DNA from: Octopus vulgaris
Lineage: Eukaryota
NCBI GenBank assembly: GCA_951406725.2
Contig: OX597818.1
Location: forward strand, 135,408,001-135,472,000
Reading direction: 5' to 3'
Length of the DNA stretch: 64,000 nt
Shown here: piece by piece, positions 11,912 to 26,595 of the stretch
Layout of the letters: each line of letters opens with the position of its first letter
Position numbering within the stretch: position 1 is the first letter of the stretch
Made by a program: the position numbers and the translations under genes
The notes under the pieces: generated by a model
Told to the model about the DNA's origin: nothing
What the model saw: the letters and a program-made list of their open reading frames with translations, nothing else
The model's database searches: none

Positions 11912-14900
11912 TTGAATTAGCTTACAGCTTCTCTTTCACAAAAAGTATTTTAGGATTAAAAAATCAAACGATTTTTATTCAGAAGCTGAATTCAATCTAA
12001 GATATATTTCTAAATACTCTTGTCTTAACATTTTTTAAGACAACTCTAATTGAAAATTATTTTTGATACTTAAAAAATTACATGTTGTGAGGTGGTGGTG
12101 AGTTTCCAGTAAATTTAGTATATCTTATAAAGCCTGTTATTATTGTTTTTCAAATTTTATAGTCTTTCCCGAATTCATAACACCTGTAAAATCTGCAACA
12201 AAGAATATCCTTGATATCATCTTGACAAGGGAAAGTTTTAATTGTGAAGACATAGTGAACCAGTATTAAGTAGGATGTTCTTGTCATTTTTTACTTTCAT
12301 TCTACACCATTGTTTGTGATGAATGAATTCATATCTTTAAATCTTTACCAGTGGTCATTTAGCTAGTATCTAAAATTCTGTCCATTTGAATGTTACCAAT
12401 GTTTACTTAACCATTTTGTTACCATATTCCAGTTTAAATGTGATTGCTTTGTTTTGGTTAACTTTGAAATTAATTTAGTGAAATAACTCGTTGTTAATCT
12501 GGTGTTTGGAACATAAATTAACGTGAAATTTTGATGGAAGATTTCTATTTAGATCACTTAAAAATAATGAATTTGTTTCAGAGAACTAGGGGACAGTTTA
12601 AAAAACAATAAATCATTCGTTCTTAAGGGTTGAGTAATTAGTATTGAAAAATATCCAAAATTTATTTTTGATATCACTGGCAATTTTATGATAAAGTTTT
12701 AGCATAAAACATGAAAAATATACCCTCCTTTGCATCATGTTCTGTTTTTTTTTCTCATTGCAAGCAAACTAAATATTATCAAAATCAGTGGTTTTTAGAC
12801 ATCGTTACCTCATTGATTGATTGTTTGTTTTTTCTTAGAAAATTCCTTCTCATTATAACTCCAACCCCCACCTCCCTCCCATACACATACAACTCAATGT
12901 TTGTGATTGTTGAGTCTTTTACAAAAAACTCTTCTCTTTTGCAAGATCTTAAGTTTTTTGTTTTGTTTTATTTTTAGTGCACTTTCTGTTATTGACTACA
13001 CACCTCACCAACTCTGTTTCTTTGCTGGTTATTGTCAAACATTTTATTCTTTCATTGCTTTCTTTGTCTTTTTAAATGTTTTATATCTCCGCTTTAAAGA
13101 TTGTTACTACCTTATAATTACCTTCTTTGTTCCTTTCTATCATATAACTCATTAGGTACAGTAGACATTTGCTTCAAATATTCTGCAAGGATTTAATACC
13201 TTTTGTTTCTGCTCGTCAGAAATGTCTTATTTATTTGTATATCTGCTTTATGTCATACTCTGCTTTCTCAGATGGACAGATTTTGTTAAATTTGAAAGTC
13301 AGATATGTATCTCCTTTATCAGAAAGTGAATGATATGTGAAACAAAAAGTAGGCATGACTGTATGGTTAAGAGGCTTGCTTTGCAACCATATGGTTTCAA
13401 GTTCAGTCCTACTTCACAGATAACTCTAGACTGACTCATGCCTTGCATGTATATATATGTGTGTGAATGTGTTTGTCTTTGTCCCCCAACTACTTGGCTT
13501 GTTGATGCTTCCATGACTTAGCAATTTGGCTGTAAAAACCAATAGAATAAGACCATACTTGAAAATATTGGGTTTGGTTTTACTAAAACCTTTTGAAGAT
13601 GGTGACCCAACATGGTCATAGTCCAATGACTGAAACAAGTAGAAGAAAAAATAATTTCTTAGATTACGATGTTTGAAAAGCAGATTTTCTGTATATATCC
13701 ATACATAAATTTTCCATTTTCATCATGCAAAATCTTTCGCTAAATATTCCAAATATCTTAATTTCTACATATTTTTTTTTAATATGCCATTTTACAACTC
13801 TAATCAGGACTTTGGAACCAGTACAGTACACAAAACCTTCAACTCTGCATCCTTTATTTGTAATTAAACTAATCATGTTATATTGATTGAAAGCACACCA
13901 ATTATGCCACTTATTAGCACCTTAACCTTTTGAGGTGTAAAGGCTATAGCTATGTTAAGGGTTTTTAATATTTATTGAAGAAGTTACAAATAATTATACT
14001 TCAGACAAAATTTTTAAAGGGCTACTTTTATCAAAAGCCCATAAAAAAAGGATATAATAGAAATAAACTATAAAAATACTATAAAATATTAGGAATATCT
14101 TTGTTTACCAGTTCAAAAAAAGTCTATATCAATTAAATCTGTAATACTAAACATCTACAAAAACTTGAGCATTTTAAATTAAACGTAATACTTCTCCCTT
14201 CTTTTTCACTATTAACACATTTGAAACTTTGACATGGCAGTTTGCATTTTTATAAACTCTGCTTCCAAGTTAGCAATCCAGTAATTACTTCCAACTCTAC
14301 AGCCCTCAGTAATAAACTTTCTTTTCTTGGATTGTCTATTATCATTAGACTGAAATATTGTTTCTGACAACCTTAGAATTTCTTTGCAAGATGATTCTCC
14401 TTTCCAATATTTTTCATGCACACACACACACACCATGCATTTGGTCCACACTATATTTATTGCTGTACAGGGATTATTTCTTTTTCTGTCATGTTATGGT
14501 GACATGAAATTTGTACATTGCTCTCTTCTCTTTAGTTTTTTTGTTGTTTGTTTTTTACCATCCAAATTTTTTGTAGTTTCCTTCCCTTTAATAAATCTGT
14601 TTTCGATTTATTTACAATTTCATATATAATTTTCATCCCATTTTTTTATTAGAATTTCTATTTCATTATGTAAAAAGTGTTTGTTGAAGAGAAGCAAAAT
14701 AAGGCAGAATGGTTATTAGTTCATACTTCACACAACCTAACTGGGGAAAAAGTCATTGAAAATAGGTGTTCTGATTTGTGTGTGTGTGTGCAAGCATGGC
14801 TGCGTGGTCAAGTTTGCTTCCCAATCACATGATGTTGGGTTCAGTTTTACTGCATGGCATCTTGGGCAATTCTTTTACTGTAGCCCCTGGCTGGCCAAAG

Positions 14901-16885
14901 ACTTGCATGAATATGGTTAATAGAAACTAAAAGAGGCCTGTTATGTGTGTATAAGTGTATAGTCGTATCTCCTTGTTTATGATATTGTGTGACTATTGTA
15001 AAAGAATCGCTCATTTCCAATATACCAAAAATGGTGTGGCTTGGGAACAGGGGGAGGGCATCCAGCTGTAAGAAAAAAATCTGCTTCAATAAATTCAGCC
15101 CAACTCCTGCAATTATGGTGAGGGGCATTAAGGTGATAAATATATACATAGATGAACTTATATATACTCACTCTAACCTGAAAATTCAGTTCAGCCTATG
15201 GAAATCTGTTGTAAATTTGTTAGTTTTTTTTATCTCAGTATCACATCTGATTGTCTTTGTTATTAAACTGTGAAATTAATTTTCTGTTTGTTATATATTG
15301 GAGGTGGAGTAAGTGTAGTAATTTTATTAAAAGCATGAAAAAGTCTTCTAGGAGCAATTGGTTCCAAATGAAAATGTTTAGTGAACAGATAAGGGACTTT
15401 AAAAAATTTAGTGGAGTTTTTTTAAATTACCATCTTCAATTTTCCCATACAACAATCTATGTACATCAAGCAATTTTCTTGACTATTATTTTTATGAAGA
15501 AAAAAAATGCTTCAACAAAATATTGTGTGTGTATATATATACATACATACACGCATATATATAATGTATATAAATAATCCAAATTTAAGCAGAACATAGC
15601 TCTTACCCTTTCTCTAGGCTCTCTCTCAATATGAGGACAGTTTGGTAAGTTGGCTAATGTTAACTTAAGATTATTTTCATGTCAGCTGTTGAGGTGGAGT
15701 GGTAGTTCTAGGGAGAAAATATAGAGTAAAGAGTTTACTGAAGTGTGTTGGGTGGCAGGAGGGGGAGGAAACACTGGTTAAAGTGGAGATTATGTACAAT
15801 CTGCAGATTATTGTAGTACACAGTTTAATGTCCATCAAGTAGTTGAAAACTATCAAATTGGTAGTCTGGAGTGTAAGAAAGAGACTCATCTAGATATGAG
15901 TCCTAGTTTAATATAGGCAAATTTGTGTCACTCTGGAAATATTAGCTTAGTTCTAATTTGAATTTGCATTCCTTCATTTTTCAATGTAGATTTGTTTTAT
16001 TTTTGATAAAACTTTATCATATGTGCAGATGTGGTTGTTTCCTTAACACATTCTGGGTTTAGTGCTGCTGCATGGCACCTTGGGCTACTATATAATCCAG
16101 GCCAGCCAAAACCTTGAGTGGATTTGGTAGAGAGAATCTGAAAAATCTCTCTCTCCCTCTCTGTCCCCTTCTACTGCTTGACAACTAGTGTTGGTTTGTT
16201 TATATCTCCATTCCTTATGGTCAGCGAAAGAGACCAATTGATTAAGTCTCAGGCTTTTAAAAATAAGTCCTGAGAATGATTTGTCTGACTAAACATGGCA
16301 AGGTGGCACCCAAACAAGGCCACTGCCCAATGACAAGTAAAAAAGGTATTAATTTCACACAACTGTTAGCATAATTAAGGTGACTCAAACTTGGTTTGCT
16401 CTCTCTTTGGTAGGTTTTATTCCATGACTTAAATGTTTATTCTTATCTAATTTCTTATTTATTTAATTCCACTAGGCCAAACTCTTTTACACTGACTTTT
16501 TAATCTGAGATTTGTTTTTGACTACTTTTGGAGCTCTGGAGCCAAAAATCCCAGTTTTTGTTCATTATGTCAATTTTTTGTTCTGCACCCATTTTAGACC
16601 TAATCTTGAGCATATTTTAGATGCTGGTTGCAAAAATTTCTAATTTATAAGGTTTTATTCTAATGATGAATCTTGGACAGTATATTGCATCGTTAAAATA
16701 ACCGCATATTACTACTAAATCAGCTTTTTTTTAGCCAAAAGATTAGAATAAATGTATTGAATAAAAATGGTGTCTACTTTGGTACTTATGAAATAAGCTC
16801 CCTGGACTGAGCATGAAAAAACATGTTAGGGATTTTTGATGGACCTTAGATAAAACAGCTTTTAAAAGATTCTTATTTTATATAG

Positions 16886-18600
16886 ATAGCTTTTGTGGAC
16901 TTGAAGAAAGCCTTTGACAGGGTCTCCCAATTCCTTATATGGTGGGTAATGCGGAAAATGGAGATTGACAAATGGTTAATAAGGGCTGTACAGCCCCTTT
17001 ACAGAGAGGCCGTTAGTAAGGTTAGGATTGGCAATGAGTATAGTGAAGAATTCCGGGTAGAAGTAGGGGTCCACCAAGGTTCAGCCCTCAGTCCCCTTTT
17101 ATTCATCGTAGTCCTCCAGGCAATAACAGAGGAATTCATAACGGGTTGCCTCTGGGAGCTCCTCTATGCTGATGACCTGACCCTCATAGCAGAATCACTA
17201 CCGTAACTAGAAAAGAAATTTCATGTGTGGAAGCTAGGTTTAGAACCAAAAGGCCTTAGAGTCAATGTAGCAAAGACCAAAGTTCTAGTAAGTAGGAAGG
17301 CGAAATCACCACACACCGCCTTAGGTAGGTGGCCCTGCTCGATCTGTAGAAAAGGTGTAGGTAGAAACTCCATAAGATGTACCCAGTGTAAGCTATGGAC
17401 ACATAAATGGTGCAGCAACATCAAAGGAAAATTAGCCGAGAAGATAGCTTTTGTGTGCGGCTGATGCACAGGAGCAATAGACACCACAGATACTCAGAAA
17501 ACAGATTCCATTATACTCCAGGGGGAGAAACAAGTAGTTGATAGTTTCTGCTACCTAGGTGACCAAGTTAGTTGTGGGGGGTGGATGCTCAGAGAGTGTT
17601 ACCACTAGAATAAGAATAGCCTGGGCAAAGTTTAGAAAGCTCCATCCCCTACTGGCGACAAAAGGTCTCTTGCTCAGAGTGAAAGGTATATTGTACAACG
17701 CATGTGTGCAAACTGCCATGCTTAACAGCAGTGAAACATGGGCTGTGACTGTGGAGGACATATGTAGGCTTGAAAGAAATGAAGCTAGCATGATCCACTG
17801 GATGTGTAATGTCAGTGTCCCTGCACGACAGAGTGTAAGCGCTCTGAGAGAAATGTTGAACATAAGAAGCATTGGATGTGGCGTGCAGGAGAGACATTTG
17901 TGTTGGTATGGACATGTACTACAGATAGATGAGGAGATATGTGTGAAGAAGTGCCACTCCCAAGCTGTTGAAGGTATCCGGGGTAGAGGTAGACCCAGGA
18001 AGACATGGGATAAGGTGGTCAAGCATGACTTTCAAACACAGAGGCTATGACGAAGACTGAGACCTCTGGAGATATGCTGTGACTGCAAAGACCCGACAAA
18101 TAAAGTGAGTTCATGGCTTGCAGGACGGCCTGCTGTGCTTGAGGAGACCTATTTAGTCAAGTACATCAAAATAAAAATCAAATGGATATTGTAGTTGTGA
18201 TACCTGTGCCAGTGGCACGTTGGACCTCACAGAGGGAATGACAAAAGACTGAAACCCCTGAGATATGCTGTGACTGCAAAGACCCGACAAATGAAGTGAG
18301 TTCATGGCCTGCTGTGCTAACCTTGAATCGTGCTTGAGGAGACCTATTGAGTCGAGTACGTCAACATCAAAATAAAAATCAAATAGAAATTGTAGTTATG
18401 ATACCTGTGCCGGTGGCACGTAAAAAGCACCCACTACACTCACAGAGTGGTTGGCATTAGGAAGGGCATCCAGCTGTAGAAACACTGCCAGATCAGACTG
18501 AGGCCTGATGCAGCCTCCTGGCTTCCCGGACCCTGGTCGAACCATCCAACTCATGCTAGCATGAAAAACGGACATTAAACGATGTTGATGATGATGATGA
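16886..18600 (+). mobile_element. 5'-truncated RTE-clade LINE (decayed RT, 3'UTR, (GAT)n tail)
   Basis: AFVDLKKAFDRV, GVHQGSALSPLLF, LYADDL, WYGHV, RGRGRPRKTW motifs; stops near 17206 and 17464 plus a frameshift; ends in gatgatgatga. Confidence 0.92.
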
Positions 18601-21600
18601 TTTAATAGACAACAGTCTTTGAACTGGTTGTCAAAAACTTTCTTGGTAGCCATAAGGACATTCTCTCCCATTCTAATAAACTTGGCTATAACATTGAGCA
18701 TCATGGTATATTATCTTTAGTTATGGAATCACTTTGTAGAAAAATTTAAGGAAGCAAAGATTCCATCTGGATATATAAGCAATGGAAGATAGAGATACAA
18801 AGGAAAGTGGGGTTACACATTTGATGCCTAATTACTGCTCCATTCAATGGGATAGTCCTGGTAAGTCTCAAATGCAACTCTAGTGCTTGAATGGAGACAT
18901 CAGTATCTAAAAAGGTATGCTGTATCTTCAAAACTAGACGTAATAGGGGGAAATGGAACCAGTGCTCCAAATATACTCAACTGTCAAGGCAGTAGTCTTT
19001 TTTTTTTTTTTTTTTGGTCCCTTACCAGTGTTGTTTCCCACTCAGTCACCAACCCCAGCATTTGTAATTCTAAATTTGCCTCTTGAAAATTTATCAAGCG
19101 TTACTTTGTATTTCCTTTCATTGTAGAACAATTCACTTTAAAACACTTATATTCAGTTAGAACCATCATCATCATTTTATGTCTGCTTTCCATGCTGATT
19201 TGGGTTGAACAGGTCTTCATGGTCCTAGTCAGTTCTTATTCAAGAGTTACTGCCCTTTTGAAATAGTTGGAGAGACCACAGCTTGCTCATGTGTTTTTCG
19301 GTCTGGTTTCTACAGCTGGGTGTTATTTCTAACACCAACCACTTGGTTGAGTGTACTAGGTGCAATTTATCATAGTACTAGCTCCCTTGATATTATTTTG
19401 CACTCTGTAAGACAGAGGCCTTCACTACTCTATATTTGTCCCTGTTCATTTAGGGCAATGTAAACAATAGAGCTGAAAGGAGGGAGGTCAATTACAGAAG
19501 ATGAACTAGAGAGAGAAAGAAATAATGTGATGATGGGAAAACAGTGGTTAGGTTGATGGTGTGGAAGAGTAAGGAAAATGTGGAAAATGGTGCTCAACAG
19601 AATAATAAGCACTTGTGGTAGATACACATTTGTAGTTGAATTTGTCAGTCTTAAGTGTGATAGCTATCAATGACAAATCTGTGGAAGCAGGACTGGTAGG
19701 CAGTACAGAAGGTGATAAACTCTTAAATCATTAACTTGAAATCTTAGTTATTTTATTGGGGGTATTCAGAAGTTAGGATCTAATCAATGGTTTCTAGATG
19801 AGACATAAGTGTTTTAACATTTTATATATATACATACGCACATCTTATCTATTTGCATTGCAATTTCCCAATCTTCAGTTTTTTATTTGAAGCAAACTTA
19901 TAAAACTAGTTATCTTTTTAATATAGCAAGTAATAGTTCAAAAATATTTCAAGTTGATTCTGTGATGGGTAATATTTAGCTGAAGAGTCTTTAAACAAAT
20001 TTATGTAACCATGTCATAATTTGTGAAAAGCAAGCTCGCCCTGTATGGTAATAAAAAAATAAAGTATTTCAGTGGAATAAAGAAGGTGCACTTTCAATAC
20101 AATTATCAGTGTAGACACCCAGTTGAACATGTGAATACAAAGAAGGCAACAAGACTTCAGAATCTAGTTTCTGAGATGATTGTCTATGTCCTGTTGCTTT
20201 ATTTTGTTAATAGTGCAGTGAGAACTTGGTGTAGGGTTGAAGTACAAGAGGACTATAATCGAGAGAAGCAAGGCTGAATTATTTAGTACTGGGTTTAAGG
20301 ATGAGATGAGATTGGTGCATTAGGTAGGCTTGTGCTGAATAGATTTATTAAGAGTAGGTATGTGTGTGTCTCTACACCATCACCATGTTAACTTCTTTTC
20401 CATGCTTGCATGAATCAGATGGAATTTGTTGAGACAAATTTTCTCTGATCTGATGTCCTTCCTTGTCAACAAATCTCTCTAGTTTCCAATAAAACTTCTT
20501 GACTGAACATATTTTTCCGGAAGGCTGGAGACTAATGACACTGACTGATGGTGATGCATGCATGCACATTGTGTGTGTGTGTGTGTGTGTAGATTTGATA
20601 TTATACATATATGACGGGCTTCTTTCAGCTTCAATCTTCCAAACTCCTTTCACTAGGCTTTGGCTGGTCTGAAGCTGTAGTAGAAGGCACTTATGCAAGG
20701 AACTGAACTTGAAGCCTTGTTGTTGAGAAGCAAACTTTTTAAGCATACAGGCATGTCTGTGAACTTATAGTAGTTTAGTAACTGATTGGGAACTATCGTC
20801 CGACTTTGAGGAGCTCTAGTCTTGTCTAACACCTGATAAGTTGGGAAGTTTAGTTTTGCTCCTCCACAACCATCAACAGATGTATAAGTAATGTCTTTGG
20901 TTATGGAATTAATGCAGGTCTTGCATAAAATGTCAAGTGTGTGTGAATCATCCCTATGTGCAAAGCATAAAGGAAGAATTGAGGATGGTGTCATTTGGAC
21001 TTAAAATTAACAAGGATGAAATAAGAGACTTGATGATAGCAAGAGGAATCTGAGTTAACATCCATCGCTGATGAGGCAGACCTCAAAGCAAAGCATCTTC
21101 ATTTGACAGTTCTTGTGACAGACAATTGACACTTTTGTTAATTGTCAAAGACAACAACCTTGCTTTCATCAAAATTCTCAAGGTCAAAAGATCAACAATG
21201 GGAATTGAGAAAGGGAGTTCAGGTGGTCATTTACTTAAAGTAGATTTCCTCCCTATTGACTGACAGTAGCAACAGCTTGAAGTCGGTGTACTAGAGAAAT
21301 TGCTTGTGATTTAAAGTAATGTCGATGCTGTGATGGTAGTAGATGTTGAAGAGCAGGGTCTGTGGGATCAGAGGTGGAAACAATTTGGGTTACTTAAGTT
21401 GAAGTTAGTAAAAATGTACCAACTCTGACAAAAAAATACATCAAAATTTCCTATTTTACAGTGACTAATTTGACTATTTTCTGTGCTGAGATTTCCATAA
21501 AGGGAAGATCTGGTTGAAGAAATTTCATTTCTATGAGATGTTAGTTGGGTTTTTTTTTGGGGGGGGGTAACATCCTTTGATGCAATGTTTCTTGTATAAA

Positions 21601-23451
21601 TATTGTAGAGATAAACTTTTCCATCTTTTGCAATCGTCATTTTAATGTACACTTTCCTTGTTTGCATGGGTTAGATGAGATTTAAGACGGATTTTCTACA
21701 ACTGGATGCCCTTCCTGTTGACAGCCCTCACCTGTTTCCTAGCAAGGTAATCTTCTAAGTCTGTCAAACATTGAACAGTTTGGACAGTTATGAACTGGAA
21801 TCAAGTTTGAATGAGCTTTTTGTTTACAAAGGATTGCTCAAATATTAAGAAGCACAGGCATGCTTTGGTGGTTGATTGCAAGCCAAGGACACTATCTATA
21901 TTGACAGTGAACACATATGCACTTTAGTTTCTGCCTATCAATTTCACTCCCTCGATATTGATCATCTTGTGGTTATTGTATAGAATGCCAGCCAACAATG
22001 TTCATGTGAGTTTGAAATCCTAAACATGTGATTCCAAAGCAAAGTTCTTAATCTCACAGTCATACCTATGATATAATTTTTATTTCATTTAATGTAATTT
22101 TTCATATATTCACTTCACTTTTATAATCAGACAATGCTTTGATCTTGAAAAAAAACGGTTATGTATCCAATTGAGTTTATTTCTTTTAAAACAATCTTTT
22201 AAATTGTTAGTCATTACAAATAAAGGAGTTGCATTTGAAAGTTTGTGTTAATTCCACATCCTTTAAAGTGAGTAGTGATATGTTGTTTAGATTTGACCTA
22301 TGCCACGAAATTAATGATGGTTTTCATTTGTCATTTCCAAGAGAAATATTTGACAGTTGTGTCTTGCATTGGTTCCATAAAAGATTTGGATTGATTTCTT
22401 CCTATAGGAATGTGAAAATTGTGTTTTGACCAAATTGTTTATAAGATTAGAGTTGAATATCTTCTATGGCTGATTACTTCCTTCATTCTTCATCAACTCC
22501 TTGAAGCCACTCTGAATAATGTAGGAAAATGTCCATTACTTCATCTTCATTCTGGCAACCACATGCAAATGAAATGAAATATAGAAAACTTTATCCAAAA
22601 AATAAAAGGAATTAGAGAGGGTTATCAAAAGACTAGCAGCATATGATTCAGTAAAAATTTATTATGATAGTTACTGCACCCAAAATTGTTACAGTCTATC
22701 AAGAAGATTCTAGGCTGAAATCTGATATATTTATGATAGACTTGATGAAGCTTAGCCAAATTGTAGACCCTAGATATTAACCAGTGTTTGTAAAAGAGAT
22801 AATTAAGATTTATGAATATAAAGATGACACATTGAGCTGAGAATGTCCAATAAGTAGATAGTATCAGACATCCAGATAGATGACACTTATCTTGAATTTC
22901 ATAGAAGGATACTCACCTGTAGACTATTGCTTATTGAAGATATCTCTTCATGATAGCACAGCTTCAGTGAAACAAGCTCTGGCCTTCTCTTTAGAAAGCT
23001 TCATTGAGACCACTATTGAAGTATTGCCTCAATATCTGGGACAGTACTGCTGCTGGACATAAAGACATCCTAGACTGCGTTCAAAAACAGGCCACTTGAT
23101 TGGTCAGTACACAAACTGCCTCTTCACTCTGCTTTTCTTATTGTCTCTACAATGGCTTCTGCTCCTTGGAACTGGCTGGTCTTGTGTCACTTTAACTAAG
23201 GTGCCCATATTGTCCACTATCTCAGGCCTCCTACTATTTCCTTGCCCTTCCTGCCTAAATATCATCTCTCTGGAATTCTTTTCCTATGGCTGTCAAAAGG
23301 AACTTAAATTTTGGTGTGAATGAAAAATCTATAGCCATAAAAAATGTCCTGCTGTTAATAAATCAGATCTGTTTGTAAGTCATTTCTAAAAGCAAAGGTT
23401 TGAAATAATTAGGCAGTTGTAGCTATTTTAAATTGGAATGAAAATATACTT

Positions 23452-23610
23452 CACTCTCGGAGTGGTTGGCGTTAGGAAGGGCATCCAGCTGTAGAAACAC
23501 TGCCAGATCTGACTGGCCTGGTGCAGCCTTCGGGCTCGCCAGACCCCAGTTGAACCGTCCAACCCATGCTAGCATGGAAAGCGGACGTTAAACGATGATG
23601 ATGATGATGA
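23452..23610 (+). mobile_element. RTE LINE 3'-end fragment
   Basis: Same sequence as 18435-18600; (GAT)n tail. Confidence 0.88.
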
Positions 23611-24011
23611 AGAGCTCAAAAATATCTGTTATACTTCTGTATATTCGCAAACATGAAACTTCACACAGTCTGTCATATAATAGTAACTAGTTTGGTAAGC
23701 AAGCAATCCTACAAAATTGTTGTTTTTCTCGAGCTGCTGAAAATTGGAAGAGTTGGATAAATTGAGATATTAGTAAAATTTTTACCCAGCTTTGAAGGAG
23801 GGAGATGTAGTGCATGTAATTTCATTCTATAAATCTGAAGGCTTGTTGACCTCTTTCAGACTTGTGTTGATGACTGAGAGTGTAAGGTATGAAATTACCT
23901 GCTCAAAGTTCACAATTCTGACTCCACTGCAAGCATTGTATTGTATTTCTGGCTAGTTTTATTGTATTGTTTCACTTCATGCAAATCTCCTCTCTAAATT
24001 ATTCACAGATA

Positions 24012-24412
24012 GGCGCAGGAGTGGCTGTGTGGTAAGTAGCTTGCTTACCAACCACATGGTTCCGGGTTCAGTCCCACTGCATGGCATCTTGGGCAAGTGT
24101 CTTCTGCTATAGCCCCGGGCCGACCAATGCCTTGTGAGTGGATTTGGTAGATGGAAACTGAAAGAAGCCTGTCGTATATATGTATATATGTATGTGTGTT
24201 TGTTTGTGTGTCTGTGTTTGTCCCCCTAGCATTGCTTGACAACCGATGCTGGTGTGTTTACATCCCCGTCACTTAATGGTTCGGCAAAAGAGACCGATAG
24301 AATAAGTACTGGGCTTACAAAAGAATAAGTCCCGGGGTCGATTTGCTCGACTAAAGGCGGTGCTCCAGCATGGCCACAGTCAAATAACTAAAACAAGTAA
24401 AAGAGAGTAAAG
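24012..24412 (+). mobile_element. tRNA-derived SINE, family A (full length)
   Basis: A-box-like tggctgtgtggt and B-box-like ggttcagtcc, internal (TA/TG) tract, aagtaaaagag tail; near-identical copy at 62290-62699. Confidence 0.88.
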
Positions 24413-25260
24413 AGATGGAGCCCATCTGCCTCTCATCTATTGTATCATAGGCTTCCTGACAGATTGTACCATCAGTGTGTACTGACAGACCCATACTCTA
24501 TCAACTCTGGTGTACCATAAGGTTCAGTTTTACCTCCTCCTCTCTTTTTATATCAATAACCTACTTGCTGTCTCCTCCAACAACACCTACCCCTATGCAG
24601 GTAATATTGACCGTCATTCTTCCTTTACCTTTCAAAGGTAAACAAGATTTTACACTAAAACTGTACGGTCTTCATGAAAAGGGACTTTGGAAACAGTCTC
24701 CCGTGGGCTCTTGTTTACATCAACTCTACCAAAACATCAAGAAAACAATATAGTACTCCTTCCCCCAAATTCAGGAACAACACATAATTAGAACCCTCTA
24801 GCATACGGCAAAGGCTTCAACATCATTGATGATATCTCTTTATGATAGCACATCTTCAACATAAATTCTGGCCTTTTAACTCTTTAGAAAGCTTTATTGA
24901 GACCAAAAATGAAGCACTGCCTCCATATCTGAGGTAGTACTGCTGCTGCACATAAACAGACATCCTAGACTACATTCAAACACAAGCCACTGAGCTGTTT
25001 GGTCAATACATATGTTGCTTCTTCACTCTGCTCTTCTTGCTGTTCTTACTGGTCTTATGTCACCTTAACTTAGGCACACATATTTTGTCCTCAAGCCTCA
25101 TACTATTTCACCCAGCTCTTCCTTCCCAAATATCATCTCCCTGAATTCTTTTCCTATAGCTGTCAACAAGCATCTGAACAAGAGGAACCTAAATTTTAGT
25201 GTGATTGAAAAACCTTTTGCCATTAAAAAAATGTTCTGCTGTTGAGAAACAATATCTTAA

Positions 25261-25481
25261 CCCTTTCATGACTGTATTTATTTTGAGATGCTCTGTGTTT
25301 CTTTCAATTAATTTTAAATATAACAAAGAATTTAGTAAAATAACTTAGTTATCATTAAGCTAGTGTTAGGAATGTAAATTGTGACTAAGGCTTGGTAGAA
25401 TATTTTAATTCAAAACTTATGAAAACATGACATTTTAACACATAGCCAGAGCCGGTTTTGGCCGGGTTAGTAACAAAAGGG
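25261..25481. mobile_element. TTAA-specific (piggyBac-type) MITE, subfamily 2
   Basis: TTAA|CCCTTT ... AAAAGGG|TTAA, 221 bp. Confidence 0.8.
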
Positions 25482-26595
25482 TTAATTGTAAGATGATTTG
25501 ACATTTGCAAAGTTATGAGCAATATCACTCCATCAAATTCCTCAACAGAAATTTCTTGGCGTTGTAAAACAACAATGATAGATTATTGACAGCGAATTGT
25601 CTTTGATTCCTGAAGATATTGCAAATATGCTTGATACTAAAATCAAATATTTCAATCCATCCCAGAAGGTGAAATGCATTGGTAGAAACAAGCTTAATAT
25701 AATTGGAAGAAACAATTGCTACTGTGTAAATAAAATTTTATTGTCTGTAAAATATTGGATTCTGCCATATTTGGAATCTTTACATAATTTCAACCACTTC
25801 AGATTGAATTTAAAAGTAAATTTCATCTGACTGTTTCAGTTGCATGTATTGTTGCAAAGTTTTATAACATATTTGATATGTTAAAAATGTCAAATATTCA
25901 CTGACTCCTTGTTCATCAAAATTACTATAATCAACAAAATCATTTATTAAAATGGGTATCTTTTACAGTCTTACAATACTCAAGGAGTTTACAAATTAAC
26001 CACTAGTCATAATAGCTATAGAACTTGATTTGAAAGTTCTAAATTTTATGCATGGTTAGGAAGCAAGCTTCTCGACCACATGGTTTTGAGTTGTCCCACT
26101 GCATAGTACCTTGAGTCAACCAAACACTTCTAAAAGGATTTGGTTAACAGAAACTGAAATAAGCCTTGTTGTGTATGTTTGAAATAGTGTCTCCTTGTCT
26201 TGAAATTGTGTGATAGTTGTAAATGAGTATCACTGCCATACAAGTGGTGTCCTTTGTTTCCAACCTTCGGTGAAACACGTCTGGCGATGAGGAAGTATAA
26301 AATGTACCTTTCAAATTTCATCTGACCCATGCAAGTATGGAAAAAGTGGATGTTGAAATGTCGATGTAGCAGATAGAATACTCATAGGACTGGAATCACA
26401 CCTTATGTATTCATCAATCAAAGTGAATGATACAATAGCATATGGAAAAGAAAACTTAGGTTATGTCTAATGTGAACATGAAAGGCAATAAAACAAAATG
26501 AAGAATTACCTGCTACAGCTTTAAACATGTAATCACTTCAAAACAAAATTTAAGCTCTACACACCATTCAACACTAGAAAGATTAGACAAGTTAA

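Larger units (their letters stand above)
22935..25245 (+). repeat. Diverged direct duplication, ~430 bp units at ~22935-23365 and ~24826-25245 (decayed LINE-like sequence)
   Basis: Colinear matches gatatctctt.atgatagcaca, ctttagaaagctt.attgagacc, gtactgctgctg.acataaa, catcctagact, aaattt..gtg.aa..aaaa..t..gccat.aaaaaatg..ctgctgtt. Confidence 0.8.

Noticed and set aside
16870-16900. Acceptor-like tcttattttatatag at the RTE 5' junction (exonisation)
   Set aside because: No supporting donor or phase evidence; such motifs are frequent by chance in AT-rich introns
20780-21360. Possible coding region on the - strand (ORF 20653-20994)
   Set aside because: Looks like a heavily decayed LINE RT relic; no splice-consistent exon or intact motif
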